Of a stretch of 64,000 bases of DNA, positions 27,898 to 38,380 are shown piece after piece. Origin of the DNA: Patescibacteria group bacterium (lineage in GTDB: Bacteria; Patescibacteriota; JAQUNI01); assembly GCA_028717685.1 (NCBI GenBank), contig JAQUNI010000001.1:54306-118305 (forward strand), read 5' to 3'. Made by a program: the position numbers and the translations under genes. The notes under the pieces were generated by a model. That model saw nothing but the letters and a program-made list of their open reading frames with translations, did not search any database and was not told the DNA's origin. Each line of letters opens with the position of its first letter. Position 1 is the stretch's first letter.

Positions 27898-29823
27898 CTA
27901 CTGCCTATTGAAATACCACTCTAACACATTTTTTGCGATAGGCACGGCTGCTGCTTCACCGCCACCGCCGCCTTCAATTAAAATAGTAAGTGCAATTTTA
28001 GGGTGGTCGTAAGGCGCAAAACCAGTAAACCAAGCATGGGTAGGCTGTCCGCTGCCCGCAAATTGCGCGGTGCCTGTTTTTCCCGCCACCGCCACGGGAA
28101 GGCTATTAAGCAAACGGGCGGAACCTTCGGTCACGGTTTGGCGCATACCTTGCCGCACCACCTCTAAACTTTTGCTACTAATAAAATCTTTTCGGATAAT
28201 CTCGGGGGAGATTTCTGTTTCTTTTTTTTCTATCTCATCAATCATCTTGTAGCCAATCTTTGGCTTGTAAAGAATCCCGCCATTCGCAATAGTAGCAATA
28301 TAATTAGTAAGCTGCAAGGGACTCACTAAAATATCCCCTTGGCCAATACTCGCGTGATAAGTGTCTCCGATGTACCATTGTTCCCCTTTGACTTTTTCTT
28401 TCCATGCCGCATCAGGCACGAGGCCCGCTGCTTCTCCCGGTAAATCCACGCCGAGAGGGGCATTAAAACCAAACTTACTTGCCCAGGCTTTTATTCTATC
28501 TATTCCTAAACCCTCAATTCCAATGTCTTCATTTCCTCCGCCTACCATATAAAAAAACACATTGCAGGACTCGGCAATCGCGCGTCTGACATCCACCGCG
28601 CCGTGGGCTTTCCAGTCCGGAAAATTCCAAACCGTCCCTCCCCAACCTTGGTAAATGAGATTCCCCGGGCAATTCACTACTTCCGACGGGGTAATAATTT
28701 TTTCCTCTAAAGCGGCGGCGGCGATGAGAGGTTTGATAATGGAACCCGGGGGATATTCTCCGGAAATCGCTCGATTAAACAAAGGCTCGCTAGGATCACG
28801 ATTCAACTCGTTCAATTTCTCTTCTGAAATCCCTTGGGTAAAAAGGTTATTATCATAAAAAGGGAAATTAACCAGCGCTAGAATGTGGCCATTCTCCGGA
28901 TCCATAGCCACAACGGCTGCTCTTTCTGTTTTTGTTTGAGAAAGCATTGCCTTAACTTCCTCGGCAATCTTTTTTTCCAATTCTAGGTCCAAAGAGAGCT
29001 GCAAACTGCGACCCGCCTCGGGACTTTCTTGCCCGATGATCTTGGCAATTTGCCCGCGCGAATTTACCTCCGCAATCTTGCGACCATTTTTACCTTTTAA
29101 GACTTGTTCGTAGGAATATTCCACACCTTGTTTGCCAATATAATCGGTTAAAAAATAGCCCTGCTCTTTGTTCGCGGCGTACTCTTCCGGCGAAATCCTG
29201 CCGGTATAACCTATAATATGGGAAATAAGTTCCCCGCCAAGATATTCCCGCACAGGAGAACTAAGAAGACTAATCCCGGGCAGAGAAGATAATTTTGCGT
29301 CCAGAATTAACGCCTGGTCGCGCCCTAAATTACGCACCAAGATTTCCGGTTCATAAGAATGAGGATCCGCCTCCTGAAAAGCGGTCTCAATCTCTGTCGC
29401 GTCTTTCCCTAAAATCTGGGCTAAATTTTCAATAAAACTTTTTCTCTCGGGAGGAGGAGGCAAATCCGCAGGAATGAACACAACCTCGAAATTGGGAATG
29501 TTGCGCACCAATAAGTTACCCTTCTGATCATAAATAACGCCCCGAGGAGCCGCCAGGCTTAAAGTGCGAATCCGATTACTTTCCGCTTCCCTGGTGTAAG
29601 ACTCCCCAGCTAAAATCTGCAGGGAAAAAATACGCCAACCCAAGATCAAAAAACAAATAATCACTACCAATCTGAAAAGACTCAAGCGCCCTAAGCGGAA
29701 ACGCAGATCCGCCGGCCTTAAATCATCCTCTTGCGCAAAACCTTCCTGTCCCTCCCAATCCTTCTCCGCTAAAAACTTTTCGGAAATCTTAAATTCGGAT
29801 TTTGAAAAATTAAAAAAATGCAT
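27898..29823 (-). CDS. mrdA: penicillin-binding protein 2 (peptidoglycan transpeptidase)
   Basis: 641 aa, N-terminal TM anchor, SxxK (SIIKP), SCN and KTGTA motifs; located downstream of mreBCD. Confidence 0.85.
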   Translation of the reverse strand: MHFFNFSKSEFKISEKFLAEKDWEGQEGFAQEDDLRPADLRFRLGRLSLFRLVVIICFLILGWRIFSLQILAGESYTREAESNRIRTLSLAAPRGVIYDQKGNLLVRNIPNFEVVFIPADLPPPPERKSFIENLAQILGKDATEIETAFQEADPHSYEPEILVRNLGRDQALILDAKLSSLPGISLLSSPVREYLGGELISHIIGYTGRISPEEYAANKEQGYFLTDYIGKQGVEYSYEQVLKGKNGRKIAEVNSRGQIAKIIGQESPEAGRSLQLSLDLELEKKIAEEVKAMLSQTKTERAAVVAMDPENGHILALVNFPFYDNNLFTQGISEEKLNELNRDPSEPLFNRAISGEYPPGSIIKPLIAAAALEEKIITPSEVVNCPGNLIYQGWGGTVWNFPDWKAHGAVDVRRAIAESCNVFFYMVGGGNEDIGIEGLGIDRIKAWASKFGFNAPLGVDLPGEAAGLVPDAAWKEKVKGEQWYIGDTYHASIGQGDILVSPLQLTNYIATIANGGILYKPKIGYKMIDEIEKKETEISPEIIRKDFISSKSLEVVRQGMRQTVTEGSARLLNSLPVAVAGKTGTAQFAGSGQPTHAWFTGFAPYDHPKIALTILIEGGGGGEAAAVPIAKNVLEWYFNRQ

Positions 29824-29950
29824 TAATGGTTCGGCACAGCTCCTTAAGCTTTGCCCTGTAATCCGCCTAAGGCGGACAGGGCTTTGCCGAAGGATTAAAG
29901 TATAAGTCCGCCCAGCCGTATGGCGTGCGCGGCCTGCCTGCCTCCTTTTT

Positions 29951-30505
29951 TTATTTAATTTGTTCTTCTGTCTTTAATAATACAGAATAACAATATCTTA
30001 ATATCCTGTAGCTCAATATTGTCACCGCTAAATTATAAAATATTGTGGGCAAAACCAGATATTTTAAATCATAAAATAAATCTATTTGAAGATCGCTTAA
30101 GCGCATCCAGCTAAAAAGTTTTACCAAAATAATCAGGGCTAAATTGTAAATCATACTGCCTAAAATAGTCATGAGAATAATCGCGCTCACGCCCCTTTCT
30201 CTGAATAACTTAAGAGATAATATTCTGACCAAGAAGATAACTAAAATAAAACTTAGAGTTACCACCCCGAAAGGAAGACTGGAACTAAAGTCTAAAAAAA
30301 GCAAAAATGGGAAATACCATTTCAAGGTTGTCTTGACTCCGAGGGTAAGAAAACAAATTAAGAAACCAATCAAAATAAAGTTTGGCCTCGCTAATCCAAT
30401 ACTTAAATGAGGTCCCCAAACCAACTCCAGAAAAAGTAAAAATAATAAAATCAGCAAGAAAAAAAATTTATTCATAATAGTTAAGCTTGCGGCAAAATTC
30501 TCCAT
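29951..30505 (-). CDS. mreD: rod shape-determining protein MreD
   Basis: 184 aa polytopic membrane protein between mreC and mrdA; assigned by position and topology. Confidence 0.5.
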   Translation of the reverse strand: MENFAASLTIMNKFFFLLILLFLLFLELVWGPHLSIGLARPNFILIGFLICFLTLGVKTTLKWYFPFLLFLDFSSSLPFGVVTLSFILVIFLVRILSLKLFRERGVSAIILMTILGSMIYNLALIILVKLFSWMRLSDLQIDLFYDLKYLVLPTIFYNLAVTILSYRILRYCYSVLLKTEEQIK

Positions 30506-30579
30506 TTAAAAGATGCGGACCACACCTATCTCCTTAAAATCTTCAATCTGAAGGATTGATGGTTCGGCTTCGCTCACCA

Positions 30580-31410
30580 TTAATCATTGAGCGTAGTTGA
30601 AGAGTTGACATCCGTCACGACCAGCACCTTTTCTAATTTTGAAAAGTTCACATAAGACCGCACTTGGGCTTTTTGGAAAAGTTCACCGCTATTACTTTCC
30701 ACCTTCACAATTTCACCAATCACTAACCCTTTGGGCAATTCACCGGAAAGCCCAGAGGTAATAACTATATCCCCGACCTGCACAATCTCGTTTTGGGGAA
30801 TCATCTCCATTGTCAATCCCAAACCATGCTGACCATAAATATTACCACTTGCTCGCGAATCAATAATTAAAGCGTTCACCACGCTATTTTGATCAGTAAT
30901 TAATAAAACGGTCGCTGTTTTGGAAAAAACTTCAATTACCTTGCCGACCAAAAATCCTTCCCCGAAAATCACGGGCGCGCCAACCCTGACATTATCTTGC
31001 GCGCCGCGATTGATTTTCAGACTCTGAATGAGATTGTCCGGATTCCGCCCAATGACTTCAGCGTCAATTCCTCTCACTCCTCCCTTCTCTTTAAATTTTA
31101 ATTGATCACGTAAAAACACGTTTTCCTTCTCTATTTCTCTTAATCTCACATTTTCCGCAATTAAATGATAATTCTCTTCACTTAAACCTTGGTTTTCCCG
31201 CGCGAGATCTCGGATCGCCGTCAAGAGATGAAAAAAATTATCAATTTTATTGACTGTTTTAAAAGCCGCTCTTTCCACGGACGCAGTAACAACAAAAATC
31301 GCATTTTCCACAGGACGCAAAACCTTCACGTAATGCAAAAAAATGAGCAGTGTAATCACGCCCATTGCTAATAAAATCATACCCGATTTAGAACGAAAAA
31401 AACGAGGCAT
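30580..31410 (-). CDS. mreC: rod shape-determining protein MreC
   Basis: 276 aa, N-terminal TM, coiled-coil, beta-rich C-domain; immediately downstream of mreB. Confidence 0.75.
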   Translation of the reverse strand: MPRFFRSKSGMILLAMGVITLLIFLHYVKVLRPVENAIFVVTASVERAAFKTVNKIDNFFHLLTAIRDLARENQGLSEENYHLIAENVRLREIEKENVFLRDQLKFKEKGGVRGIDAEVIGRNPDNLIQSLKINRGAQDNVRVGAPVIFGEGFLVGKVIEVFSKTATVLLITDQNSVVNALIIDSRASGNIYGQHGLGLTMEMIPQNEIVQVGDIVITSGLSGELPKGLVIGEIVKVESNSGELFQKAQVRSYVNFSKLEKVLVVTDVNSSTTLND

Positions 31411-31518
31411 AAAAAAGCGTAAAGTGAAAAGTGTAAAGCGTAAAGTGTAAAAAATAATAACCCAGTATTTTAAGTTGCACGCTGTTCATTTTATGCTTTA
31501 CGCTTTAAGTTTTAAGCT

Positions 31519-32559
31519 TTATTTATACTGCGTGTCCACCAACACCTCGCGCAAGAGGTCTAAATTTTCTAAGACCATGCCCGCGCCCCGAACAACACAA
31601 GTCAAGGGATCATTGGCGATCTGGACGGGCATCTGCGTCTCGCGTGCGACAAGACGGTCAAGACCGCGCAGGAGCGCGCCTCCGCCCGCCAAAATAATAC
31701 CCCGATCCATAATATCCGCGACAAGTTCAGGAGGGGTTTCCTCAATCGTTCCTTTAATATTAGAAACTAGATTTCTGATGGAACGCGATAAGGCTTCGCG
31801 CACCTGACTATCATTAATAATCACCTCCTTTGGCAGACCCGTGACGAGGTCCCGACCGCGCAACTTTGCTTCCAAGGGTTTCTTCAAAGGCCAAGCCGAG
31901 CCAATGGCGATTTTAATTTCTTCGGCTTTCCTTTCGCCGATTAATAAATTAAAGTGGTCGCGGGAATATTGAATAACATTCTCGTTTAATTCATCTCCCG
32001 CAATCCGCAACGATCGCGCCACCACGCCCCCGCCCAGAGAAATTACCGCCATCTCGGTTGTGCCGCCGCCGATATCCACAATCATACTTCCCGAAGCATC
32101 TTGCACGGGAAGGCGGGAACCGATGGCCGCGGCCATCGGTTCTTCAATCAAGAAAGCTTGCCTCGCGCCAGCCGTGCGCGTGGCATCCTCCACCGCTCGC
32201 CGCTCCACTTCGGTGCAGCCCGAAGGAATGCCAATCACTACCCTAGGTCGCGGAATAAGAGTGAACATTCCTTGGTGCACCTTCTGAATAAAATATTTTA
32301 ACATCTGCTCGGTCACTTCAAAATCAGAAATCACCCCGTCCACAAGTGGACGAGTGGCTACAATATGCATCGGCGTTCTTCCCACCATCTTTTTCGCTTC
32401 ATTGCCAATTGCCAAAACCTGACCCGTCTTCGTATTCATAGCCACGACCGAAGGCTCATTGATGACGATGCCTTTCCCACGCACATACACTAAGGTATTC
32501 GCTGTCCCTAAATCAATGCCGATGTCGCGGGAAAAAGCGCCTAAAAAACGATTAAACAT
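31519..32559 (-). CDS. mreB: rod shape-determining protein MreB (actin-like)
   Basis: 346 aa, IGIDLGTANTLVYV phosphate-1 motif and DIGGGTTE. Confidence 0.92.
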   Translation of the reverse strand: MFNRFLGAFSRDIGIDLGTANTLVYVRGKGIVINEPSVVAMNTKTGQVLAIGNEAKKMVGRTPMHIVATRPLVDGVISDFEVTEQMLKYFIQKVHQGMFTLIPRPRVVIGIPSGCTEVERRAVEDATRTAGARQAFLIEEPMAAAIGSRLPVQDASGSMIVDIGGGTTEMAVISLGGGVVARSLRIAGDELNENVIQYSRDHFNLLIGERKAEEIKIAIGSAWPLKKPLEAKLRGRDLVTGLPKEVIINDSQVREALSRSIRNLVSNIKGTIEETPPELVADIMDRGIILAGGGALLRGLDRLVARETQMPVQIANDPLTCVVRGAGMVLENLDLLREVLVDTQYK

Positions 32560-32624
32560 AATTTGGAATTAGGAATAGAGAATAATGAATAAGGAATAAG
32601 GAATTCTGAAAGTTACGCAATTCC

Positions 32625-32675
32625 TAAAAAAGGAGTAAGCAGAAATCTAAGGCAAACGCTTAACTCCTGCTTCCT
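32625..32675 (-). terminator. intrinsic terminator after proS
   Basis: On the minus strand: GGAGTTAAGC...GCTTACTCC stem (one bulge) followed by T6. A related sequence occurs after mrdA at 27833..27885. Confidence 0.5.
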
Positions 32676-32699
32676 AATTCCTGATTCCTGATTCCCAAC

Positions 32700-34187
32700 C
32701 TAGTACGCTTGGGCGAAGAGCCAGCGATATTTCGCGTCTTTGCCGCAGTAAATACATTTACCTCTCTCTTCCTTTACGTCAAGCTCCAAACATCGCGCAG
32801 TCGCACGAGTTTCTTCTTTAATCTTATCCTCGCATTCGCTCTTCTCACACCAAAAGGCGCGCAGAAAACCCCGCTCCTTCTTCATTATATCTTGAAACTC
32901 CGGATAAGAATCAATAAGATGGGTGTGCTCTTGCGTGAATTTTTGGTGCCGCTCGAAAATCTCTTTTTGCATTATCTCCAGAGCCTTGCGAACCATAGAC
33001 GGCAATTCCGCAAGTTTTATTTTCTCTTTAACAAAATTATCGCGCCTGACTAAAGTCGCCGCTCCCGCTTTCATTTCCCGCTCACCAATTTCCACGCGCA
33101 GAGGCACCCCTTTCAATTCCCACTTATTAAATTTAAAACCGGCAGTTTCTCCTTCTCTTAAATCCACTTCCACGCGGAAATCTTGGAGCGACTCTTTCAC
33201 CTTTTCCGCAAAACCCAATACCTTGTCCTGACTTTCTGTTTTGAATATTGGAATAATGATGACCTGTAGGGGCGCGATTTGCGGAGGGAGAACCAAACCA
33301 TTATCATCGCCGCCCGCCATCACAAGACCGCCGATGCTGCGCGTGGAAAGACCCCAGCTGTTCTGCCAAGGATAAAGATCGCGCCGGTCTTTGTTTTGCA
33401 CGGTCCAATGAAAAGCGCGCGAGAAGTTTTGACCCAAATCGTGCGAAGTGCCACCCTGCAGAGCCCTGCCATCCGGCATCAAAATTTCAAAACTAAAAGT
33501 TTTTGCGGCGCCGGCAAATTTTTCTCTCTCGCTCTTCACGCCCGCGATGCCATAAAGAGATAAAAGCTCATTGTAGACTTTTTTGTATGTTTGAAGCGCC
33601 CACGTTACTGTCTCCAGACTCTCTTTCTGGGTCGCGTGCGCGCAGTGCCCTTCCTGCCACAAAAATTCCGAAGTCCTTAAAAATAAATAGGTTCTTTTCT
33701 CCCAGCGCACTACATTATTCCACTGATTAATCATAATCGGCAAGTCGCGCCAAGACTTCACCCATTTTTTGTACATTTCATACATCACAGTTTCCGAGGT
33801 GGGACGAATCACAAGTTTCTCTTTCAGTTTCTCGCCGCCTGCTTCCGTGACAACAGCCATCTCCGGAGCAAATCCCGCCACATGCTCTTTCTCTTTATTT
33901 AAAAAACTTTCCGGAATAAAAAGGGGAAAATAAGCATTTTGGACGCCATGGGTTTTAATTAAAGGGTCAAGAAAGGCTTGGATTTTCTCCCACAAAGCGT
34001 AACCATAAGGCCTAATAACCATACAGCCCTTCACAGGCGCGTAATCCGCGAGTTCCGCTTTCAAAATAACATCTTGATACCACTTTCTTAGATCTTGGCT
34101 CTTTTTGGTAATTTGTTTAACCCTCCCGCTGTTCGCCTCAGATAAACTGTTTGAGGATTTCGCTTGTTCGGTTTTATTTTTAATCAT
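32700..34187 (-). CDS. proS: proline--tRNA ligase (archaeal/eukaryotic type)
   Basis: 495 aa, class II core and a C-terminal zinc-binding domain ending CIYCGKDAKYRWLFAQAY. Confidence 0.9.
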   Translation of the reverse strand: MIKNKTEQAKSSNSLSEANSGRVKQITKKSQDLRKWYQDVILKAELADYAPVKGCMVIRPYGYALWEKIQAFLDPLIKTHGVQNAYFPLFIPESFLNKEKEHVAGFAPEMAVVTEAGGEKLKEKLVIRPTSETVMYEMYKKWVKSWRDLPIMINQWNNVVRWEKRTYLFLRTSEFLWQEGHCAHATQKESLETVTWALQTYKKVYNELLSLYGIAGVKSEREKFAGAAKTFSFEILMPDGRALQGGTSHDLGQNFSRAFHWTVQNKDRRDLYPWQNSWGLSTRSIGGLVMAGGDDNGLVLPPQIAPLQVIIIPIFKTESQDKVLGFAEKVKESLQDFRVEVDLREGETAGFKFNKWELKGVPLRVEIGEREMKAGAATLVRRDNFVKEKIKLAELPSMVRKALEIMQKEIFERHQKFTQEHTHLIDSYPEFQDIMKKERGFLRAFWCEKSECEDKIKEETRATARCLELDVKEERGKCIYCGKDAKYRWLFAQAY

Positions 34188-34207
34188 ATGGATGCAAAAA
34201 ACTTGTA

Positions 34208-34247
34208 GTGAACCCCATTAGAGAATGAAGTTCTCTAACGGGGTAAA
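34208..34247. repeat. copy of the CCCCGTTAGAGAA / TTCTCTAACGGGG palindromic motif family
   Basis: gtgaaccccattagagaa-tgaag-ttctctaacggggtaaa between rseP and proS. Confidence 0.55.
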
Positions 34248-34258
34248 TTTATTGAATA

Positions 34259-35356
34259 TTAGAAGAACATTTTAATTTTGTCCACAATGCCGAATTTTAA
34301 AACATCACGCGAAGTAATCATCAGCATCAATCCCATCAAAAGCACAAAACCCACTGTATTAGCCCATCTTTCAAACTTCCGATTCAAAGGGCGACGGATG
34401 ATGCTTTCCACGCCTAAAAAGAGCAGACGCCCGCCATCCAAAGCGGGAAAAGGAAGGATATTGATAATCGCGAGATTAATGGAAAGAAGAGCGGTAAACT
34501 GCATCAAATAAACAAACCCTAAAGCAGTCGCGCGCCCCGTCATCACCGCCACGCCCACGGGACCAGACAGGTCCGCGGAAACTTTTCCCGTCATAATAAT
34601 GTTCGCAACGAGATCATACAAAGTCCGCGCAATGAATTTCACGGCATAAGCAGTATCTATAATTCCCGCTTTCACCGCCTGCAGCAGGGGATAAGAAATA
34701 ATCGCGGTTTTTACAAGCCCCACGCCCATAGGACCGTCGCCCTCGGGAAAATTAACGCGCGGCGTCCCTTTAAGGATAATTAATTCCTTACCCCTTTCAA
34801 CGAGGAAGGTGGTTTCGCTACCGCGCGACGCGTTGATTATTTGCTGCATATCCTCTATTTCTTTAATTTCCTTGCCATTAATCTCGCGCACGGTATCGCC
34901 TATTTCCAAACCTGCGGCTTCAGCGGGCGAACCTTTATTAATCTCCAAAATCTGTACTTTAGGATCCCTAATGTTGCCTTTAACCTCGCCCTCCACCGTC
35001 TGCGGCGCGCCAATCTTGTAGCCCGCGGAAATTAAGACAGCAGCTAAAACAAGGTTCATCACGACCCCTGCCACCAAGGTGAGAGCGCGCTTGCCATAAG
35101 ACTTAGAGGTAAAACTGCGCGGATCTTGCTTTTCTCCTCCGTCTTCACCCTGAATCTTAACAAAACCGCCTAGGGGAATAAGATTCATCGAGTAAACCGT
35201 CTCCCCGCGCCGCACAGCAAAAAGACGCGGCGGAAAGCCGAAGCCGAATTCTTCTACCCCCATTCCGAATTTCTTTGCCATCACAAAATGGCCCAACTCG
35301 TGGACAAAAATCAGCAAACCTAAAATTAAAATAAAAACAAAAAGAGTAAAAAACAT
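34259..35356 (-). CDS. rseP: RIP metalloprotease RseP (site-2 protease, M50 family)
   Basis: 365 aa, HELGHF zinc motif in the first TM region, central PDZ domain. Confidence 0.85.
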   Translation of the reverse strand: MFFTLFVFILILGLLIFVHELGHFVMAKKFGMGVEEFGFGFPPRLFAVRRGETVYSMNLIPLGGFVKIQGEDGGEKQDPRSFTSKSYGKRALTLVAGVVMNLVLAAVLISAGYKIGAPQTVEGEVKGNIRDPKVQILEINKGSPAEAAGLEIGDTVREINGKEIKEIEDMQQIINASRGSETTFLVERGKELIILKGTPRVNFPEGDGPMGVGLVKTAIISYPLLQAVKAGIIDTAYAVKFIARTLYDLVANIIMTGKVSADLSGPVGVAVMTGRATALGFVYLMQFTALLSINLAIINILPFPALDGGRLLFLGVESIIRRPLNRKFERWANTVGFVLLMGLMLMITSRDVLKFGIVDKIKMFF

Positions 35357-35480
35357 GGAAAATTTCTAATTGACCTAATGTCTAATTTCTAAATAATTCC
35401 CAATGTCTAATAACCAATGACTAAAGAAAAATTTTAGACATTAGACATCAGTTATTAGTTAGGTCAATATAAAAATTAGA

Positions 35481-36038
35481 TTAATGAGGCATGATTTCCT
35501 TTTCTTTCTTCTCGCTCATCATTTCTAATTTCAGGGTATATTCCTTGGTCTTCTGATCCAATTCCTCTAAACCACGAAACTTTTCATCCTCGGACATAGC
35601 TCCTTGTTTGGTCGCTTCTTGAACCTCTTCCCTGACCTTGTCACGCCAATGCCGCAAAGCAATCCGACTCTGCTCCAGTTTTTCCCTCAAAACCTTGATG
35701 AGCTGCTCCCTCCTCTCCTCCGTAAGATCAGGGAGTTTAATCCGAATAGCGTCCCCTTCTATGCTCGGATTTAAACCTAAGGGGGAACTCGCAATAGCCT
35801 TTTCCACATCCTTAATCACATTTTGATCCCAAGGTCTCACCACTAATATATTCGGTTCCGGAGCGGAAATGCTGCCTAGCTCTCGAATCTGCATCCGCGA
35901 GCCGTAAACCTCTACGACTAAATTTTCCACCAGAGAAGGATTTGCCCTGCCCGTCCGTATCCCCGCCAATTCTTCACCAAAATGCTTTAATGCCGCATCA
36001 AACTCGGGAGCGTATTTTTTAAAAATTGACTCAAACAT
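35481..36038 (-). CDS. frr: ribosome recycling factor
   Basis: RRF pattern (RTGRANPSLVENL, PLTEERR). The ORF-track start at 36056 lies inside a repeat; ATG at 36038 (MFESIFKK) is the more likely start. Confidence 0.9.
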   Translation of the reverse strand: MFESIFKKYAPEFDAALKHFGEELAGIRTGRANPSLVENLVVEVYGSRMQIRELGSISAPEPNILVVRPWDQNVIKDVEKAIASSPLGLNPSIEGDAIRIKLPDLTEERREQLIKVLREKLEQSRIALRHWRDKVREEVQEATKQGAMSEDEKFRGLEELDQKTKEYTLKLEMMSEKKEKEIMPH

Positions 36039-36045
36039 ATAGTAA

Positions 36046-36168
36046 GTAAACCCCATTAGAGAACTTCTTTTCTCTAACCCCGTTTGGAAATATGTTTCTA
36101 ACGGGGTCAGCGTCTATATTTTTCCCACCACCGACTTTGTCGGCGGCTTTCTCTAACGGGGTAAAAAT
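36046..36168. repeat. cluster of three copies of the CCCCGTTAGAGAA / TTCTCTAACGGGG motif
   Basis: gtaaaccccattagagaa...ttctctaacccc-gtttggaaatatgtttctaacgggg...tttctctaacggggtaaaaat, plus a ccgac-tttg-tcgg hairpin. Confidence 0.55.
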
Positions 36169-36170
36169 AA

Positions 36171-37217
36171 TTATTTCTTGACTGCTCTCAAACCTAAATA
36201 AATAGTGTTGGGATTCACAGGATGATACCTGATGATATGGATCGCTTCAGCCGCATACATTTTGCGCACCTGCCAAGACTCGCCCTCGTTCACCGACTTA
36301 AAGACCGTATTCCCAGCAATAAAAAACAACTCTTCTTGATTCTGGGGATTCACCGCGATCGCCACAATCGGCAAAGAAGCGGAGGGCGTTAAAGTCTTCA
36401 TCGGCGTCCAAGTCCTGCCTCCGTCTTGACTTAAGAGCAAGCCATAGCTCGTCGCCAGATAAAAAGTATTATTCCGCCTATCCCTTTCCAATTGATAAAT
36501 CCACGACCCGCCCTTAAAGGGCTTTAAACCCTCCAGGGCAATTTCCGTCCAGGAAATGCCGCCGTCCTCGCTTTTAAAAATACCCTCGGTAGACGTTACA
36601 TACCACATCATTCTAGAATCCTGCTCGTCCATCTGCAGCCTTCCTGTCTTCGCCGTAAGTTCTGCTAATTTAGTCCATGTTTTGCCCTGATCCTCTGATT
36701 TTAAAATCCCGCCCCAACCCGTGGTGGTAATGATATTATTATGATTATACCAATCAATCACAACATTATAAAGGGGCTGTCCCGCTATCGCGTCGGTAAA
36801 AATCATCTCCCAATTTTCTCCGCCGTCGCGCGTCGCGTATAGCCGGCCTGCCCCGCCCGAAAACACGCTCACATACATAATCTTAGGGTCGTCAGAATCA
36901 ATAGCCATATCCCAAACGTCCCCAATGGTAATTTTCGTTGCCGCCCAGGTGTCCCCATTATTGCGAGAAACATACATTCCCTTGCCTTCCGAACCAAGAT
37001 AAATTGTCTCTTTGTCCACGGGGTCAAAAACAATCTTTAAGATATTTAAAGCGGCAATGCTACTCTTCTCGTCAATCTTCACTTTGAAGGCCCAGGTCTC
37101 ACCCCCGTCATCCGATCGCCAAATCCCCGCCTGCTTGGATTGAAAACAACCTGGCAGGCTTAAACCTAAAAAGAGGAAGGTTATAGGGAGCAAAAGAAGG
37201 AACGATTTTCGGGTCAT
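36171..37217 (-). CDS. BNR/Asp-box repeat lipoprotein (beta-propeller)
   Basis: 348 aa, signal peptide with lipobox-like LPGC, at least six Asp-box repeats (DGGETW, NGDTW, DGGENW, DQGKTW, DGGISW, DGGRTW). Confidence 0.55.
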   Translation of the reverse strand: MTRKSFLLLLPITFLFLGLSLPGCFQSKQAGIWRSDDGGETWAFKVKIDEKSSIAALNILKIVFDPVDKETIYLGSEGKGMYVSRNNGDTWAATKITIGDVWDMAIDSDDPKIMYVSVFSGGAGRLYATRDGGENWEMIFTDAIAGQPLYNVVIDWYNHNNIITTTGWGGILKSEDQGKTWTKLAELTAKTGRLQMDEQDSRMMWYVTSTEGIFKSEDGGISWTEIALEGLKPFKGGSWIYQLERDRRNNTFYLATSYGLLLSQDGGRTWTPMKTLTPSASLPIVAIAVNPQNQEELFFIAGNTVFKSVNEGESWQVRKMYAAEAIHIIRYHPVNPNTIYLGLRAVKK

Positions 37218-37222
37218 AAAAA

Positions 37223-38167
37223 TTAGATATTAATTAACAATGTTTCTAAAGCCAAACGTTTATTAATATTAAATTTCAAATTTTTTAAAATGATTTGCGT
37301 TGTCTGCGCAAGAGACAAAACCTCTCGGCTGGCGTAAGCTTGGCTTGCCTTCACAATCTCCGGAGCAAAATCGGGATTACTCGCTAAATCCAGGCAATTA
37401 TTTTTGGCTAAGATTAAATTGTGATAAAAACCAAGCCACTCTCTTAGCATCTCTTCTAAAGCTTTGCCGTCGCGGGAGACTTTTTCCGCAAAGATAAAAC
37501 GCCTGGCCAGAGAATCACTTTTTAATCGGATCAGATTGCGGACATAATCTATTTTCTTTTCCACTTCCTCGGGATTTTGAAAATAAGTCCAAGCCAATCC
37601 CGGACGCCCTTCCGAAAGATAAGCCAAGACGCGGGCTTGCTCCGAAGAGGCTCCCGCGCTCTTTAAAAAACTTTCTATCTCGCATAGGGCGACGCGGTAA
37701 AACTTAAAAATCTGGCACCGCGAAACAATCGTGGGCAATAAAATTTTTGCAGAGGGAGCGATTAAAATCAAAATCGTCTGCCCCGATGGTTCTTCTAAAA
37801 GCTTCAAAAAAGAATTCGCCGCTGGTCGGTTCATCTTTTCCGCGCAGGGCAGAAAGGCGATTTTATAAGAAGCGAAATAAGGAGTAAGAGCAAGATGATG
37901 TTTTAGTTCCCTCATCTGGTCAATAGTCACCAGTTTTTCTCCCTCCACAATTTTCACATCTGGATGCGCGCTTATTTTTTCCTTGTCTGCCAAATCCAAA
38001 ATTTCCGCGATAAACCGCTTTGCGATTGCTTCTTTTCCTAAATGCGGATCGCCCGCAAAAAGATAGGCATGAGCAAAATTTTTCCGCGCCAAACTATGGC
38101 TCAAAATCTCAAGCTGAATTTTATGTCCCGCAATGCCGGAAAAAACATTCTTTGGAGGATTCGCCAT
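37223..38167 (-). CDS. holB: DNA polymerase III subunit delta'
   Basis: 314 aa AAA+ clamp-loader fold with degenerate Walker A (GDPHLGKEA). Confidence 0.75.
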   Translation of the reverse strand: MANPPKNVFSGIAGHKIQLEILSHSLARKNFAHAYLFAGDPHLGKEAIAKRFIAEILDLADKEKISAHPDVKIVEGEKLVTIDQMRELKHHLALTPYFASYKIAFLPCAEKMNRPAANSFLKLLEEPSGQTILILIAPSAKILLPTIVSRCQIFKFYRVALCEIESFLKSAGASSEQARVLAYLSEGRPGLAWTYFQNPEEVEKKIDYVRNLIRLKSDSLARRFIFAEKVSRDGKALEEMLREWLGFYHNLILAKNNCLDLASNPDFAPEIVKASQAYASREVLSLAQTTQIILKNLKFNINKRLALETLLINI

Positions 38168-38380
38168 ATTTTCTGTGTCCAGCGCCTTTTTGAACGCCCC
38201 GCCGTCTTTTTCGTCGGAGGAAAAGAAACTACAACTTTTCGGTGAGGCTTTAATAGCTTGCCAAAAAGGGGCTTTAATTTATTATAACATAATTTTGAAA
38301 TAAAAAAAGTGCGGGCTAATTGACCGCACCTAAACATAAAAAGTCTGTATTCGCAATCTAAATTTCTGTCTGTGGAACAA